DNA of 64,000 nucleotides. Source: Calditrichaceae bacterium. Its GTDB lineage: Bacteria; Calditrichota; Calditrichia; Calditrichales; JBFXGD01. Where the stretch lies: positions 192,001-256,000 of the forward strand of contig JBFXLE010000001.1 of NCBI GenBank assembly GCA_050173015.1, written 5' to 3'. Made by a program: the position numbers and the translations under genes. Of the stretch, positions 21,007 through 31,322 are shown piece by piece. Position 1 is the stretch's first letter, and every line of letters starts with the position of its first letter. Below the pieces are notes generated by a model. It did not search any database, had not been told where the DNA came from, and was given only the letters and a program-made list of their open reading frames with translations.

Positions 21007-22299
21007 ATGAAGAATTTGAAAAAAGTTGTAATTATCGCCCCTTATTTTAATAATGATAGCCATGTTGGAGTATATAGAATAAAAAGATTTATAAAGTGGC
21101 TAAAATTGAAAGATTATGAAATTGTTTTAGTAAGCGCAGGTAGCAGTGATAACTTGCTAAGACATAAGGACACAATTGAAATTACTATAAAAGATCCTTT
21201 GGGATTAAATATTAATTCGAAAGATCAAAAAGTATCACTAAATGTCAAAAAACGTAAACCAAACGCGCTTAGGAGGAAAATTGTCTATTGGCTTTTTACA
21301 CCTGATCCAACCATAGTCTGGTCCAGAAGGGTTATGAAATCCAAACTAGTCCTTAAATATATTGCAGATGCATCATTTGTTCTATCTTCAAGTCCTCCCG
21401 AATCAGTACATTTAGCAGCAGCAAAACTAGCAAAAAAAATTAAGGCATCTTTTATTATGGATATGCGTGATGGGTGGATAGACGAACCCTTAAAGCCAAT
21501 TTTGAAAAAATCAGGAATAAGAAATTGGCTGGAAACAAAGATGGAGAAGAAATTATTGAAGCAGGCTAAGATAATTTTTGTCTCATCGGATAATTGGCGT
21601 GATAGTTTATTAACACGAGTAAAATGCACACATAAAAAAGTTATTACACTTACGAATGCTTATCCTGAAGCATATCTACATCTATTCGATTCTAAAACAT
21701 CCAAAAAGATATCAGATAAAAGGGAAAAGCATATCACTCTTTTGCACGCTGGCAAATTTACTGAGTCGCGGGGGACGCAAAAACCTGAATTATTATTGAT
21801 ACCTTTATTGGAAGGAATTAAGACAGAAAACAACCTATCTGGGACCTTGATATTAATGGGTTATTTAAATGAAAGTGATAAGAAAACGATTGGGGCATTT
21901 TCAGAAAATTTCAAGAAAAGCGGGTGGTCTATCGAGATCTGGGATTCTGTGCCGAGAGAAAAAATGATGTTGTTATTAAAAAAAGCAGACGGCTTATTGC
22001 TTCTTTCAGTCTCTGAAGCAGCGATACCAAGTAAATTATTTGAATATTTGATGGCCAAAAAACCAATTTTGGCGGTAACTCCGCAAAACAGTTCTGTATG
22101 GAATATTTGCAAACCATTGCCTCAAATATCTGTCATAGATTCGAATTTTTCAAAAGATGATTCGCTTAAAAATGAGCTCATAAAGTATTTTTACTCATGT
22201 AAAAATGGATGTTATAATTTTATTGTTCCTCAAGAATTCACGGAAGGATATTTGGGGCAGAAATATTTAAGAGCTTTATCAGAAATATCAAGCACGTAA
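21007..22299 (+). CDS. Glycosyltransferase, GT-B fold (GT4-like)
   Basis: SSPPESVH, DMRDGW, IPSKLFEYL motifs. Confidence 0.8.
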   Translation: MKNLKKVVIIAPYFNNDSHVGVYRIKRFIKWLKLKDYEIVLVSAGSSDNLLRHKDTIEITIKDPLGLNINSKDQKVSLNVKKRKPNALRRKIVYWLFTPDPTIVWSRRVMKSKLVLKYIADASFVLSSSPPESVHLAAAKLAKKIKASFIMDMRDGWIDEPLKPILKKSGIRNWLETKMEKKLLKQAKIIFVSSDNWRDSLLTRVKCTHKKVITLTNAYPEAYLHLFDSKTSKKISDKREKHITLLHAGKFTESRGTQKPELLLIPLLEGIKTENNLSGTLILMGYLNESDKKTIGAFSENFKKSGWSIEIWDSVPREKMMLLLKKADGLLLLSVSEAAIPSKLFEYLMAKKPILAVTPQNSSVWNICKPLPQISVIDSNFSKDDSLKNELIKYFYSCKNGCYNFIVPQEFTEGYLGQKYLRALSEISST

Positions 22300-22412
22300 G
22301 ATAAACTATCCACCGTTTATACTTATTTAGGAGTTTAATAGAAAATCTTGTTTATAGACCTTCGGTAATGAATAATAAAACATATTCAATTATTTAAATA
22401 TTAGTTTATAGA

Positions 22413-23690
22413 ATGAATCTTAATCCAGTTAATAAAAAATATACAACAAGACTTCCCAATATTGATGATTTAATCATTAATATTTTGTTTCTATTGGGAG
22501 CCATACCATTCGGGCAGATATTTAAGCTCTCACTTGGTGGAATTATTCTAAATTCATTTGAGCTACTATATTTAAGTTTGATATTTTTATTGTTGATCAG
22601 ACTCTTAATAAAAGGAAGACTCTATAAATTTTATAGTTTTTTTTTATTTATAGGTCTGGTAATAGTTTATGTTATCGGTTCAAATTATTTCCGAGATATA
22701 ACATATCACAAATCTTTAATACAACTTCGATTTTATCTTCCATTCTTTTTAGCTGGCCTCATACTGATAGTTGGTACTGAAATTGAGCGTATACGATATT
22801 TGAGAGTAATATTGTATGCAAGTATTATCAGTAGCGCGACATCCTTGATTATACATTATATTTACCCGGAAATTTTTGTGAAAAGCTTTTCTGCCTCTGA
22901 AGAGTTGATAGAAATCTATACTATTCATGGAAGGTTATATTGGAAAAACGTGCTATTGTTGTTCTTCGTGATCTATATAAAATTTGGAGGTGTTGAAAAT
23001 CTGTCAATCAAGCCTTTTGTAATCAATTCAGCGGTTGTTCTCAATTTGCTTGCAGCATTCAGTACTTTAAACAGAACACTAATGATAGGGGTTGTAATTT
23101 TCGTTTTATTTACAATATATAATTCAGACACATCGAGAGCGATGCTCATAAAGTCATGGGAATATTTTCGCTGGAGTCTTGGAATACTTATATCAATAAT
23201 GCTGGTAGCAAATATCGATAAGCGATTGTACCATTTAATTGAATTGAGACTGTTTGGGGATGGTCACGGATTGGAGAAGGTATATGAAAATGCTGTACTT
23301 CTGGGTAGAGTGAACAATTATGAACAATATGTTGCGAGCATTAGTAATTACTTCCCATTTGGACAAGGTTTGGGACAGTGCTTTTCAATTAATGCAAATT
23401 TAGTAGATATCTACACGTCCGATATATCATTAATTTCCTTCCTTTTGCCATTTGGGATATTCGGGATAATTATTTTAGTAATATTCATAAGGAGATTGTT
23501 TCATCTAATTAATGATATTCGATTCCCCTTAAACCGGAAAGAGAGGTACTCTTTAAATTTACTTTTAATTGTATCATTACTAATGTCATTGAACATTGAT
23601 TTATTCTCAAGAGACAATTTTATAATATTTTTTTCTTTTTTAGTCATGACATTAAAGAATTCTCAAAAATCGTTGTTTAATTTACATTGA
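22413..23690 (+). CDS. Putative Wzy O-antigen polymerase/ligase-like membrane protein
   Basis: About ten hydrophobic segments, large periplasmic loop, FGQGLG motif, position within a Wzx/Wzz locus. Confidence 0.65.
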   Translation: MNLNPVNKKYTTRLPNIDDLIINILFLLGAIPFGQIFKLSLGGIILNSFELLYLSLIFLLLIRLLIKGRLYKFYSFFLFIGLVIVYVIGSNYFRDITYHKSLIQLRFYLPFFLAGLILIVGTEIERIRYLRVILYASIISSATSLIIHYIYPEIFVKSFSASEELIEIYTIHGRLYWKNVLLLFFVIYIKFGGVENLSIKPFVINSAVVLNLLAAFSTLNRTLMIGVVIFVLFTIYNSDTSRAMLIKSWEYFRWSLGILISIMLVANIDKRLYHLIELRLFGDGHGLEKVYENAVLLGRVNNYEQYVASISNYFPFGQGLGQCFSINANLVDIYTSDISLISFLLPFGIFGIIILVIFIRRLFHLINDIRFPLNRKERYSLNLLLIVSLLMSLNIDLFSRDNFIIFFSFLVMTLKNSQKSLFNLH

Positions 23691-24008
23691 AATCAACTAA
23701 ATTCGTTTATAAAAGCGTTAGGAAGTGTTGGGATTTCTTCAAGAGCTTTAATAATATTATAAGATATTTGTAATCAGGTGAAGCAATATCAAATAATTGT
23801 GTAAAATGCAAAAGTAAAGATATGAGTAGAATATAATTATTCTTAAAGTTAATCCATTAGGTATATAATTAAGTTTGATTTTGCAATAGCCGGTTTAAGC
23901 GATCCAAATTTCAAATCAAATACAATTCGACTTCCTTGTAAATTCGAGTGAGTCGGGGCAGGTATAAAAGGGGAGTTTTCTATCATTCTTTTACCAGTTA
24001 AAAATGTT

Positions 24009-24953
24009 ATGAACAAATTGGATATAATAATAGTAAATTGGAATTCCGGTAGACAATTAAAGAGTTGTCTGGAATCTGTCGCTAAAACGAAAAAAGATGG
24101 GTTCCAGTTAAATCATGTCTTTATAGTGGATAATGCGTCCAGGGATGATTCTCTGGAAGGAATTCTGGAATCGAAGTTACCCATCACAATAAAGCAGAAC
24201 AAAGAGAATTTTGGATTCGCAACTGCTTGTAATCAGGGTGCACGAGAAAGTAATGCGGATCTTTTGTTGTTCTTAAATCCGGATACAATCCTTTTTGAGA
24301 ACTCATTAGATAAAACAATTGCATTTATGCAAGATTCGATTAACTCAAAAGTTGGAATATGTGGCATACAGTTAGTTAATGATAAAGGAGAAATAACACG
24401 CACATGTGCAAGATTTCCAAAACTTTCAATCTTTATCACAAAAATACTGGGTCTAAATTTAATTTTTCCAATAAATTTCAAAAGCCATTTTATGACAGAC
24501 TGGGATCATACGCAAACCAGAGATGTTGATCAAGTGATGGGTGCCTTTTTTATGATAAGACGCCCTTTATTTGAAGATTTGAAAGGGTTCGATGAGAGAT
24601 TCTTTGTATATTTTGAGGAGGTTGATCTATCAGTCAGAGCTAAAAATATGGGATGGAGAAGTATTTATTACTCAGAAGTTCAGGCATATCATTATGGTGG
24701 CGGTACATCAGAACAGATAAAAGCGCGGAGACTTTTTTATAGCCTTAGAAGCAGAATTTTATACGGATATAAACATTTCAATTTTATTTCAGCTTCTATT
24801 TTATTGATTGTTACTCTATTTATTGAGCCATTCACCAGGATTATGTTTTCAATTGTACAAAGATCATACAGCCAGGTTCAAGAAACTATTGGGGGGTATT
24901 TTTTAGTTTGGAAAGATATTAAAAACATTATATTAAAAATCAGGCAGCCTTGA
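24009..24953 (+). CDS. Glycosyltransferase family 2
   Basis: IIVNWN, VDNAS.D, FLNPD, FDERFFVYFEEVD. Confidence 0.92.
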   Translation: MNKLDIIIVNWNSGRQLKSCLESVAKTKKDGFQLNHVFIVDNASRDDSLEGILESKLPITIKQNKENFGFATACNQGARESNADLLLFLNPDTILFENSLDKTIAFMQDSINSKVGICGIQLVNDKGEITRTCARFPKLSIFITKILGLNLIFPINFKSHFMTDWDHTQTRDVDQVMGAFFMIRRPLFEDLKGFDERFFVYFEEVDLSVRAKNMGWRSIYYSEVQAYHYGGGTSEQIKARRLFYSLRSRILYGYKHFNFISASILLIVTLFIEPFTRIMFSIVQRSYSQVQETIGGYFLVWKDIKNIILKIRQP

Positions 24954-26023
24954 TTTTGAGAGTATTAGTGTTAACGAGATACAGTAAATTGGGTGCAAGC
25001 AGCAGATTAAGAATATACCAGTATATTCCTTTTTTAGAAGTGGAGAAAATACAATTTGATATCTCTTCATTCTTTGATGACGATTACCTTAAACGACTCT
25101 ATAGCAACCAGAAAGCTTCAAAATTTAAGATTCTTATATATTATCTGAAACGAATAAAACAAATTTATAAAAGTAAAAATTATGATTTGGTTTGGTTTGA
25201 TAAAGAACTATTACCTTATTTCCCTGCAATTGGTGAATGGTTTCTAAAGATGATGGGAGTACATTATATAGTAGATTTTGATGATGCCGTTTTTCATAAC
25301 TATGATTTACACAAAAATTTATTGGTTCGAAAAATGCTGGGAAAAAAAATTGATCATGTTATGAAGCTCGCATCTGCAGTCGTTGTTGGTAATCAATATC
25401 TCTTAGAGAGGGCAAAAATCGCAGGGGCCAAAAACATAAATATTGTTCCAACAGTAGTGGATATAAAAAAATATAAAATTACAAAAAATAAAGGTAAATC
25501 AAAAGTGTTTACAATCGGCTGGATTGGTACACCTATCACAGCAAGATACCTTGATATTATTAATTCAGTGTTAACTGATCTGTATAAAAATTATGTTTTT
25601 AAATTTTCAGTCATTGGTTTATCCGGAATGGTTTTTAAAGAAGAATACTATAATGTAATCCCTTGGTCAGAATCAACTGAAGTGGAAGAGATTCAAAAAT
25701 TTGATGTAGGAATTATGCCGTTGTTCAATACTCCATGGGAGCAAGGAAAATGCGGATATAAGTTAATCCAGTATATGGCCTGTGGTATTCCGGTCATCGC
25801 ATCACCGATAGGTATTAATCAAAGTTTAGTTGAAAACGGTAAAAATGGCTTCATTGCCTCGACAGAGGAGGAATGGCTTAACTCATTAAAGATTCTAATC
25901 GAAAACAAAAATATGGCTCGTGAAATGGGTTTGTATGGCCGTTACCTAGTTGAACAAAAATATTCAATTCAATCAACAATAAATTACTTGACGAATATCT
26001 TAAAATTGAACACGGGAATATAG
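24950..26023 (+). CDS. Glycosyltransferase family 4
   Basis: ASSRLR, DFDDA, GKCGYKLIQYMACGIPV. Confidence 0.9.
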   Translation: MILRVLVLTRYSKLGASSRLRIYQYIPFLEVEKIQFDISSFFDDDYLKRLYSNQKASKFKILIYYLKRIKQIYKSKNYDLVWFDKELLPYFPAIGEWFLKMMGVHYIVDFDDAVFHNYDLHKNLLVRKMLGKKIDHVMKLASAVVVGNQYLLERAKIAGAKNINIVPTVVDIKKYKITKNKGKSKVFTIGWIGTPITARYLDIINSVLTDLYKNYVFKFSVIGLSGMVFKEEYYNVIPWSESTEVEEIQKFDVGIMPLFNTPWEQGKCGYKLIQYMACGIPVIASPIGINQSLVENGKNGFIASTEEEWLNSLKILIENKNMAREMGLYGRYLVEQKYSIQSTINYLTNILKLNTGI

Positions 26024-26163
26024 TAAATTCTCAGTAAAGCAGGTCTAATAAATTTTAATTTCCCTGATCATAAAAAAATTAAAGATACTCTTAATTATAA
26101 TGGACATGATGAACAATCATATTTTGAAGTTAAAAATAAATTATTTTGGCAACTAACTGAATT

Positions 26164-27297
26164 ATGAAAAAACGAACAATTATCTTTGTAGCTAACAGGG
26201 GATTTGCATTATATAATTCCAGATTAATGTTGATGCGTCATTTTTTAAGAAATGGGTGGAATGTGATTGCAATCACCGGTTTAGATAGATATACGGATAT
26301 GCTAAAAAATGAAGGCATTTCTATAGAACCAATTCATGTAATGAGAGGAAATATTTCTATCATTAATGATTTAAAATTATATTTGAGATTAAAAAAAATA
26401 TATAAACAATATGATCCGACCCTGATCCATCATTTTCATTCAAAGCCAGTTATTTTAGGAACACTCGCGGGTAGAAAAAGGAGAAAATTTGGAACAAGAA
26501 TTGTCAATACCATAACTGGAATTGGTAACGCAATAAATACTGAAGGAAAAAAGAAAATACCTGCCGGATTAGGATATAAATTGGCAATTTCTAAAAATGA
26601 TAGAGTGGTTTTCCAAAATGCTGATGATTTAGATTGTTTTCATAAATCAGGCTGGGTACAAAATAACAGTGAGAGACTAATTGTGAGTTCAGGAGTGGAT
26701 ATTCATCGATTTTCTTCAATACGAAACAGAAATGATAGAAAAAACATCAAAATTTTAATGATTAGTAGATTGTTATGGCAAAAAGGTGTGGGCGAATTCC
26801 TAGAAGCGGCTCGATTGGTTAAGAAGCAGTTGCCGAATGTTGAATTTTTATTAGCAGGTGAATTTGATTCAAAACATCCTGATGCAGTTTCTGAGAGTGC
26901 ATTAAAAAAATACACTGAGAGCAATATTGTTAAGTTCTTGGGGTATATTGATAAACCCGAAAATCTATATCATGAGGTAGACCTTTTTGTATTCCCTTCC
27001 TATTATCGGGAAGGGGTACCAAGAGTTGTACTTGAAGCAGCCGCCTGTAATTTACCTGTCATTGGGTGTGATGTCCCCGGAACACGAGAGGCCATTATTG
27101 ATGGAAAAACAGGATATTTAGTGAATCCGAAGAATATTATTCAATTAGCAAAAAAAATAACTGAGCTGGCAAATGATCATGATAAAAGAGTTAAAATGGG
27201 CGATGCAGCACATGAATTCATGAAATCTGAATTCGATATTAATATTATTACCGAAAAATATCTTGATATTTACCGTGAAGTAGGAATTGAAATTTAG
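26164..27297 (+). CDS. Glycosyltransferase family 4 (CapM/PglA-like)
   Basis: FQNADD, SGVD, SRLLWQKG, YREGVPRVVLEAAA. Confidence 0.9.
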   Translation: MKKRTIIFVANRGFALYNSRLMLMRHFLRNGWNVIAITGLDRYTDMLKNEGISIEPIHVMRGNISIINDLKLYLRLKKIYKQYDPTLIHHFHSKPVILGTLAGRKRRKFGTRIVNTITGIGNAINTEGKKKIPAGLGYKLAISKNDRVVFQNADDLDCFHKSGWVQNNSERLIVSSGVDIHRFSSIRNRNDRKNIKILMISRLLWQKGVGEFLEAARLVKKQLPNVEFLLAGEFDSKHPDAVSESALKKYTESNIVKFLGYIDKPENLYHEVDLFVFPSYYREGVPRVVLEAAACNLPVIGCDVPGTREAIIDGKTGYLVNPKNIIQLAKKITELANDHDKRVKMGDAAHEFMKSEFDINIITEKYLDIYREVGIEI

Positions 27298-27305
27298 AGT
27301 AATAT

Positions 27306-28163
27306 ATGAATAAAACATACAAACCAGTTATAATAATAGGTGCGCCGCGTTCAGGAACAAACATATTAAGGGATGTTCTAACAAGTCTCTCCGGTGTTGG
27401 TACCTGGCCTTGTGATGAAATAAATTATATTTGGCGTCATGGAAATGTCAAATATCCGTCGGATGAATTTCCTCCGGATTTGGCGAACCTGAAAGTCAAA
27501 GAATTTATAAATGGGCAATTCAGAAAGTTGGCAATCCAATATGATTTAGATTATATAGTTGAAAAAACGTGTGCGAATTCTTTGAGAGTCGGATTTGTAA
27601 ATGAAGTGATGCCAAATGCAAAATATATTTTTATTATTCGGAATGGTATAGATGTGACAGCATCAGCAATAAAAAGATGGAAAGCAGATTTAGATTTGAA
27701 ATATGTTCTAAGAAAGGCAAGATATATTCCTGCGTCCGATATACCATATTATTCGACAAAATATATCTGGAATCGATTATATAAGCTCATGAATTCTGAC
27801 AAACGATTAGCATTCTGGGGTCCTAAGCTAAATGAAATGAATGATCTGTCAAATCAATATTCTATTCATGAAATCGCGGCATTACAATGGCAGAAATGTG
27901 TAATCAATGCAGAAAATGATTTTAAGCATATTAACGAAACTAGGATACATCGATTAAAATATGAAAATTTTGTCCTGAATCCTGAAAATGAATTAGCTGA
28001 GATTTGTGACTTTATGGAAGTTCCAATACCAAATAATTTAAATTTAATTTCAAAACAAGTTTCAAAATCTAGTATTGGAAAGGGAACCGGTAGCTTAAAT
28101 CCTGATATCCTTAACAAAATTGTGCCTTTAATAAAAAACACATTACAAGAGTATAATTATTAA
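27306..28163 (+). CDS. Sulfotransferase family protein
   Basis: GAPRSGTN PAPS-binding loop, VEKT, IRNGIDV, YENFV. Confidence 0.85.
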   Translation: MNKTYKPVIIIGAPRSGTNILRDVLTSLSGVGTWPCDEINYIWRHGNVKYPSDEFPPDLANLKVKEFINGQFRKLAIQYDLDYIVEKTCANSLRVGFVNEVMPNAKYIFIIRNGIDVTASAIKRWKADLDLKYVLRKARYIPASDIPYYSTKYIWNRLYKLMNSDKRLAFWGPKLNEMNDLSNQYSIHEIAALQWQKCVINAENDFKHINETRIHRLKYENFVLNPENELAEICDFMEVPIPNNLNLISKQVSKSSIGKGTGSLNPDILNKIVPLIKNTLQEYNY

Positions 28164-28172
28164 GTATTTTTT

Positions 28173-28769
28173 ATGTCAAAAAGAAATAAAATTATTAAAC
28201 GGATATTTGATGTTTTGTTTTCATTCATCGGTCTAATCTTATTTAGCTGGCTAATCTTTATTGCTTTTGTCCTGGCATCAATAACCACAAAATCGAGTGG
28301 TTTTTTTATACAGGAACGAATTGGTAGGAATGGGCGGAAATTTAAGATTATAAAAATTAAAACTATGATTAGTAACCCCCAAATAAGTAGCTGTGTCACT
28401 ACCGAGAATGATCCTAGAATTACGCGATTGGGCAAAATATTTAGAAAAACAAAAATTGATGAATTGCCACAGCTTTTGAATGTGCTAATTGGAGATATGA
28501 GTTTTGTAGGTCCTCGTCCAGACGTAGAATCTTATTATGTAAATTTGTCGGAAAATGATAAAATCATCCTTACTGTTAGACCGGGTATCACTGGTCCGGC
28601 CACGTTAAAATATCGCAATGAAGAAAAAATATTATCCATGCAAGAAAACCCCGAACAATATAGTCGCAATATAATTTTTCCCAACAAAATAGCCTTAAAC
28701 AAGGATTACATTAAAAATTATGGTCTAAATAAAGATTTTTACTATATCTTTAAAACCATTTTTAAATGA
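28173..28769 (+). CDS. Initiating sugar-phosphate transferase (PglC/WcaJ C-terminal-like)
   Basis: KRIFD, DPRIT, KIDELPQL, GDMSFVGPRP, RPGITG. Confidence 0.93.
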   Translation: MSKRNKIIKRIFDVLFSFIGLILFSWLIFIAFVLASITTKSSGFFIQERIGRNGRKFKIIKIKTMISNPQISSCVTTENDPRITRLGKIFRKTKIDELPQLLNVLIGDMSFVGPRPDVESYYVNLSENDKIILTVRPGITGPATLKYRNEEKILSMQENPEQYSRNIIFPNKIALNKDYIKNYGLNKDFYYIFKTIFK

Positions 28770-28818
28770 ATTATAAATTTAGAAATAAATACATTCTATT
28801 TAACTTTTATTATTTCAA

Positions 28819-29961
28819 ATGGATTTTATGAACTTAAAAAAAATCTGGCTTTCTTCCCCGCACATGAGCGGGGAAGAGCTTAAATACATTCAGGAAGCAT
28901 TTGACACAAACTGGATCGCGCCGCTTGGCCCTCATGTGGACGCTTTCGAAAATGAAGTCGCCAATTTTGTTGGCGTAAAACACGCGGCGGCGCTCATGTC
29001 CGGTACGGCGGCTATTCATCTTGCTTTAGTAATGCTTGGAGTCGGTTCGGGAGATGAAGTCATTTGTCAGTCCTTCACCTTCTCCGCCAGCGCGAATCCA
29101 ATTATATATCAACACGCGACACCTGTTTTTGTGGACAGTGAGACCGATACCTGGAATATGGATCCCAATTTACTGGAAGAAGCCATAAAGGACCGAATTC
29201 TTAAGGGAAGAAAACCAAAAGCAGTCATCCTGGTACATCTTTACGGACAGCCCGCTAAACTGGATGAGATTATACAAATTTGCAATCGATACGAAATACC
29301 GCTGATTGAAGACGCGGCGGAAGCCCTCGGAAGCGAGTATAAAGCGAAAAAAGCAGGTAGTTTTGGAAAATTTGGCATACTCTCCTTCAACGGCAATAAA
29401 ATTATTACGACTTCCGGCGGTGGAATGCTGATCTCAAATGACGAAGATATAATTCAAAAAGCGCGATTTCTCTCCACCCAGGCCAGAGATGACGCGCCGC
29501 ATTATGAACATACGCATATTGGATATAATTACCGGATGAGCAATGTGCTGGCGGCCATCGGACGCGGCCAGATGTCCGTTCTTCGGAAACGGATTGAACA
29601 GCGCAGATCAGTATTTGAGCATTATAAAACCGTGTTGAGTGATTTACCCGGAATACACTTTCAGCCGGAATATAAGGGAACTCTTTCCAACAGATGGCTA
29701 ACCGCGCTTACGATTGATCCTAAGCTCTCAAAAGTTGACCGGGAAAAAGTTCGCCTGGAGCTTGCCCAAAAAAATATAGAATCACGGCCATTATGGAAAC
29801 CGATGCATCTTCAGCCGGTATTTAAAAATGCTCCGGCTTATATAAATGGGAATTCTGAACTTTTATTCCTAAGCGGTTTATGCCTCCCATCTGGGAGTAA
29901 TCTGGAAAAGAATGATTTAATAATGATTGCTGATACGGTTAAAAATATTATCATTAGTTAA
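28819..29961 (+). CDS. DegT/DnrJ/EryC1/StrS aminotransferase (PglE/EpsN-like)
   Basis: NWIAPLGP, EDAAEALG, SFNGNKIITTSGGG, RPLWKPMH. Confidence 0.9.
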   Translation: MDFMNLKKIWLSSPHMSGEELKYIQEAFDTNWIAPLGPHVDAFENEVANFVGVKHAAALMSGTAAIHLALVMLGVGSGDEVICQSFTFSASANPIIYQHATPVFVDSETDTWNMDPNLLEEAIKDRILKGRKPKAVILVHLYGQPAKLDEIIQICNRYEIPLIEDAAEALGSEYKAKKAGSFGKFGILSFNGNKIITTSGGGMLISNDEDIIQKARFLSTQARDDAPHYEHTHIGYNYRMSNVLAAIGRGQMSVLRKRIEQRRSVFEHYKTVLSDLPGIHFQPEYKGTLSNRWLTALTIDPKLSKVDREKVRLELAQKNIESRPLWKPMHLQPVFKNAPAYINGNSELLFLSGLCLPSGSNLEKNDLIMIADTVKNIIIS

Positions 29962-30058
29962 ACATTCATCGCTAAGATTATATAGTCACTAATATTCAGA
30001 AATAATCAATATTACTTTTTTTTGGATATAATTTAACAGGTGCTAATTATTAGAATTA

Positions 30059-31102
30059 ATGGGAACATCTGGGTTGAAAAAATTAAATATTGAACGGATA
30101 TTGATTACAGGAGCAGCAGGTTTTATCGGATTTCACCTTGCAAAGCAACTTTTAGATGCTGGATATGAGATTTCGGGTATTGATAATCTAAATAATTACT
30201 ATGATGTCAGTCTAAAAAATGCCAGGCTGAATATATTGAAGAAATATGATAATTTTACTTTTGATAAAGTTGAACTTGCTGATAGAACAGAGATAGATAA
30301 AATATTTACGACAAAATCACCGGATGTTGTTGTTAATCTAGCCGCACAGGCCGGAGTAAGATATTCCATTGAGAATCCCTATGCATACCTGGATAGTAAT
30401 CTAAGCGGATTCCTGAATATATTGGAAGGATGTCGGAATTATAATGTGAAACATCTGGTATATGCATCTTCCAGCTCCGTTTATGGCGCGAATACCCGGA
30501 TGCCTTTTTCCACACACCAGACAGTGGACCATCCACTTAGTCTGTACGCGGCTACAAAAAAATCAAATGAATTAATGGCTCACACATATAGTAATTTATA
30601 TGATATTCCGACTACCGGTCTCAGATTTTTTACCGTTTACGGACCATGGGGCAGACCGGATATGGCTATGTTTTTATTCACGAAAGCAATATTATCAAAC
30701 CAACCCATCGATGTATTTAATCACGGAGACATGGAAAGAGATTTCACCTATATAGATGATATAGTGAATGGCATTGAAAAAATATTGTTCAGAATTCCTG
30801 AGGCAAATCCCGGATGGTCAGGAAACGCTCCGGATCCGGCTTCAAGTTTTTCCCGTTATAAAATATACAATATCGGTAATAACAAGCCGGAAAAGCTATC
30901 CTATTTAATTATGCTTCTGGAAAAATATCTCGGTAAAAAAGCCATAATAAATTATCTGCCCATGCAGCCCGGAGATGTAAAAGCAACTTTCGCAGATATA
31001 GATGATTTGGTTAATGATGCCGGGTTCAGACCTTCAACCGCGTTAGAAGAAGGTGTAAAAAAATTTGTAGATTGGTATAAAAAATTTTATAAAATAAATT
31101 AA
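30059..31102 (+). CDS. NAD-dependent epimerase, UDP-glucuronate 4-epimerase-like
   Basis: [39 protein letters not shown]. Confidence 0.88.
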   Translation: MGTSGLKKLNIERILITGAAGFIGFHLAKQLLDAGYEISGIDNLNNYYDVSLKNARLNILKKYDNFTFDKVELADRTEIDKIFTTKSPDVVVNLAAQAGVRYSIENPYAYLDSNLSGFLNILEGCRNYNVKHLVYASSSSVYGANTRMPFSTHQTVDHPLSLYAATKKSNELMAHTYSNLYDIPTTGLRFFTVYGPWGRPDMAMFLFTKAILSNQPIDVFNHGDMERDFTYIDDIVNGIEKILFRIPEANPGWSGNAPDPASSFSRYKIYNIGNNKPEKLSYLIMLLEKYLGKKAIINYLPMQPGDVKATFADIDDLVNDAGFRPSTALEEGVKKFVDWYKKFYKIN

Positions 31103-31322
31103 GATTATCAGTTTATATCATTTAATTATCCCCTTTAATCCCATACGATTTCTCTAATTGTTGAATTTGATTTTTCGGCGTAGTGAGTCTACCTAAAATC
31201 AATTAAAGTGAAAAATCATATCCCATTATTAAGTCTTTCGATTTGGCCACGTATGATATCATTTAGAATAATTTTTGTGCTTGATTAAAAGCTTCTGCTA
31301 TATATTTACGGAGGTTATCACC

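Noticed and set aside
15768-26163. Integron attC sites in the gaps between glycan genes
   Set aside because: No repeated RYYYAAC...GTTRRRY palindromes seen and no integrase in the window
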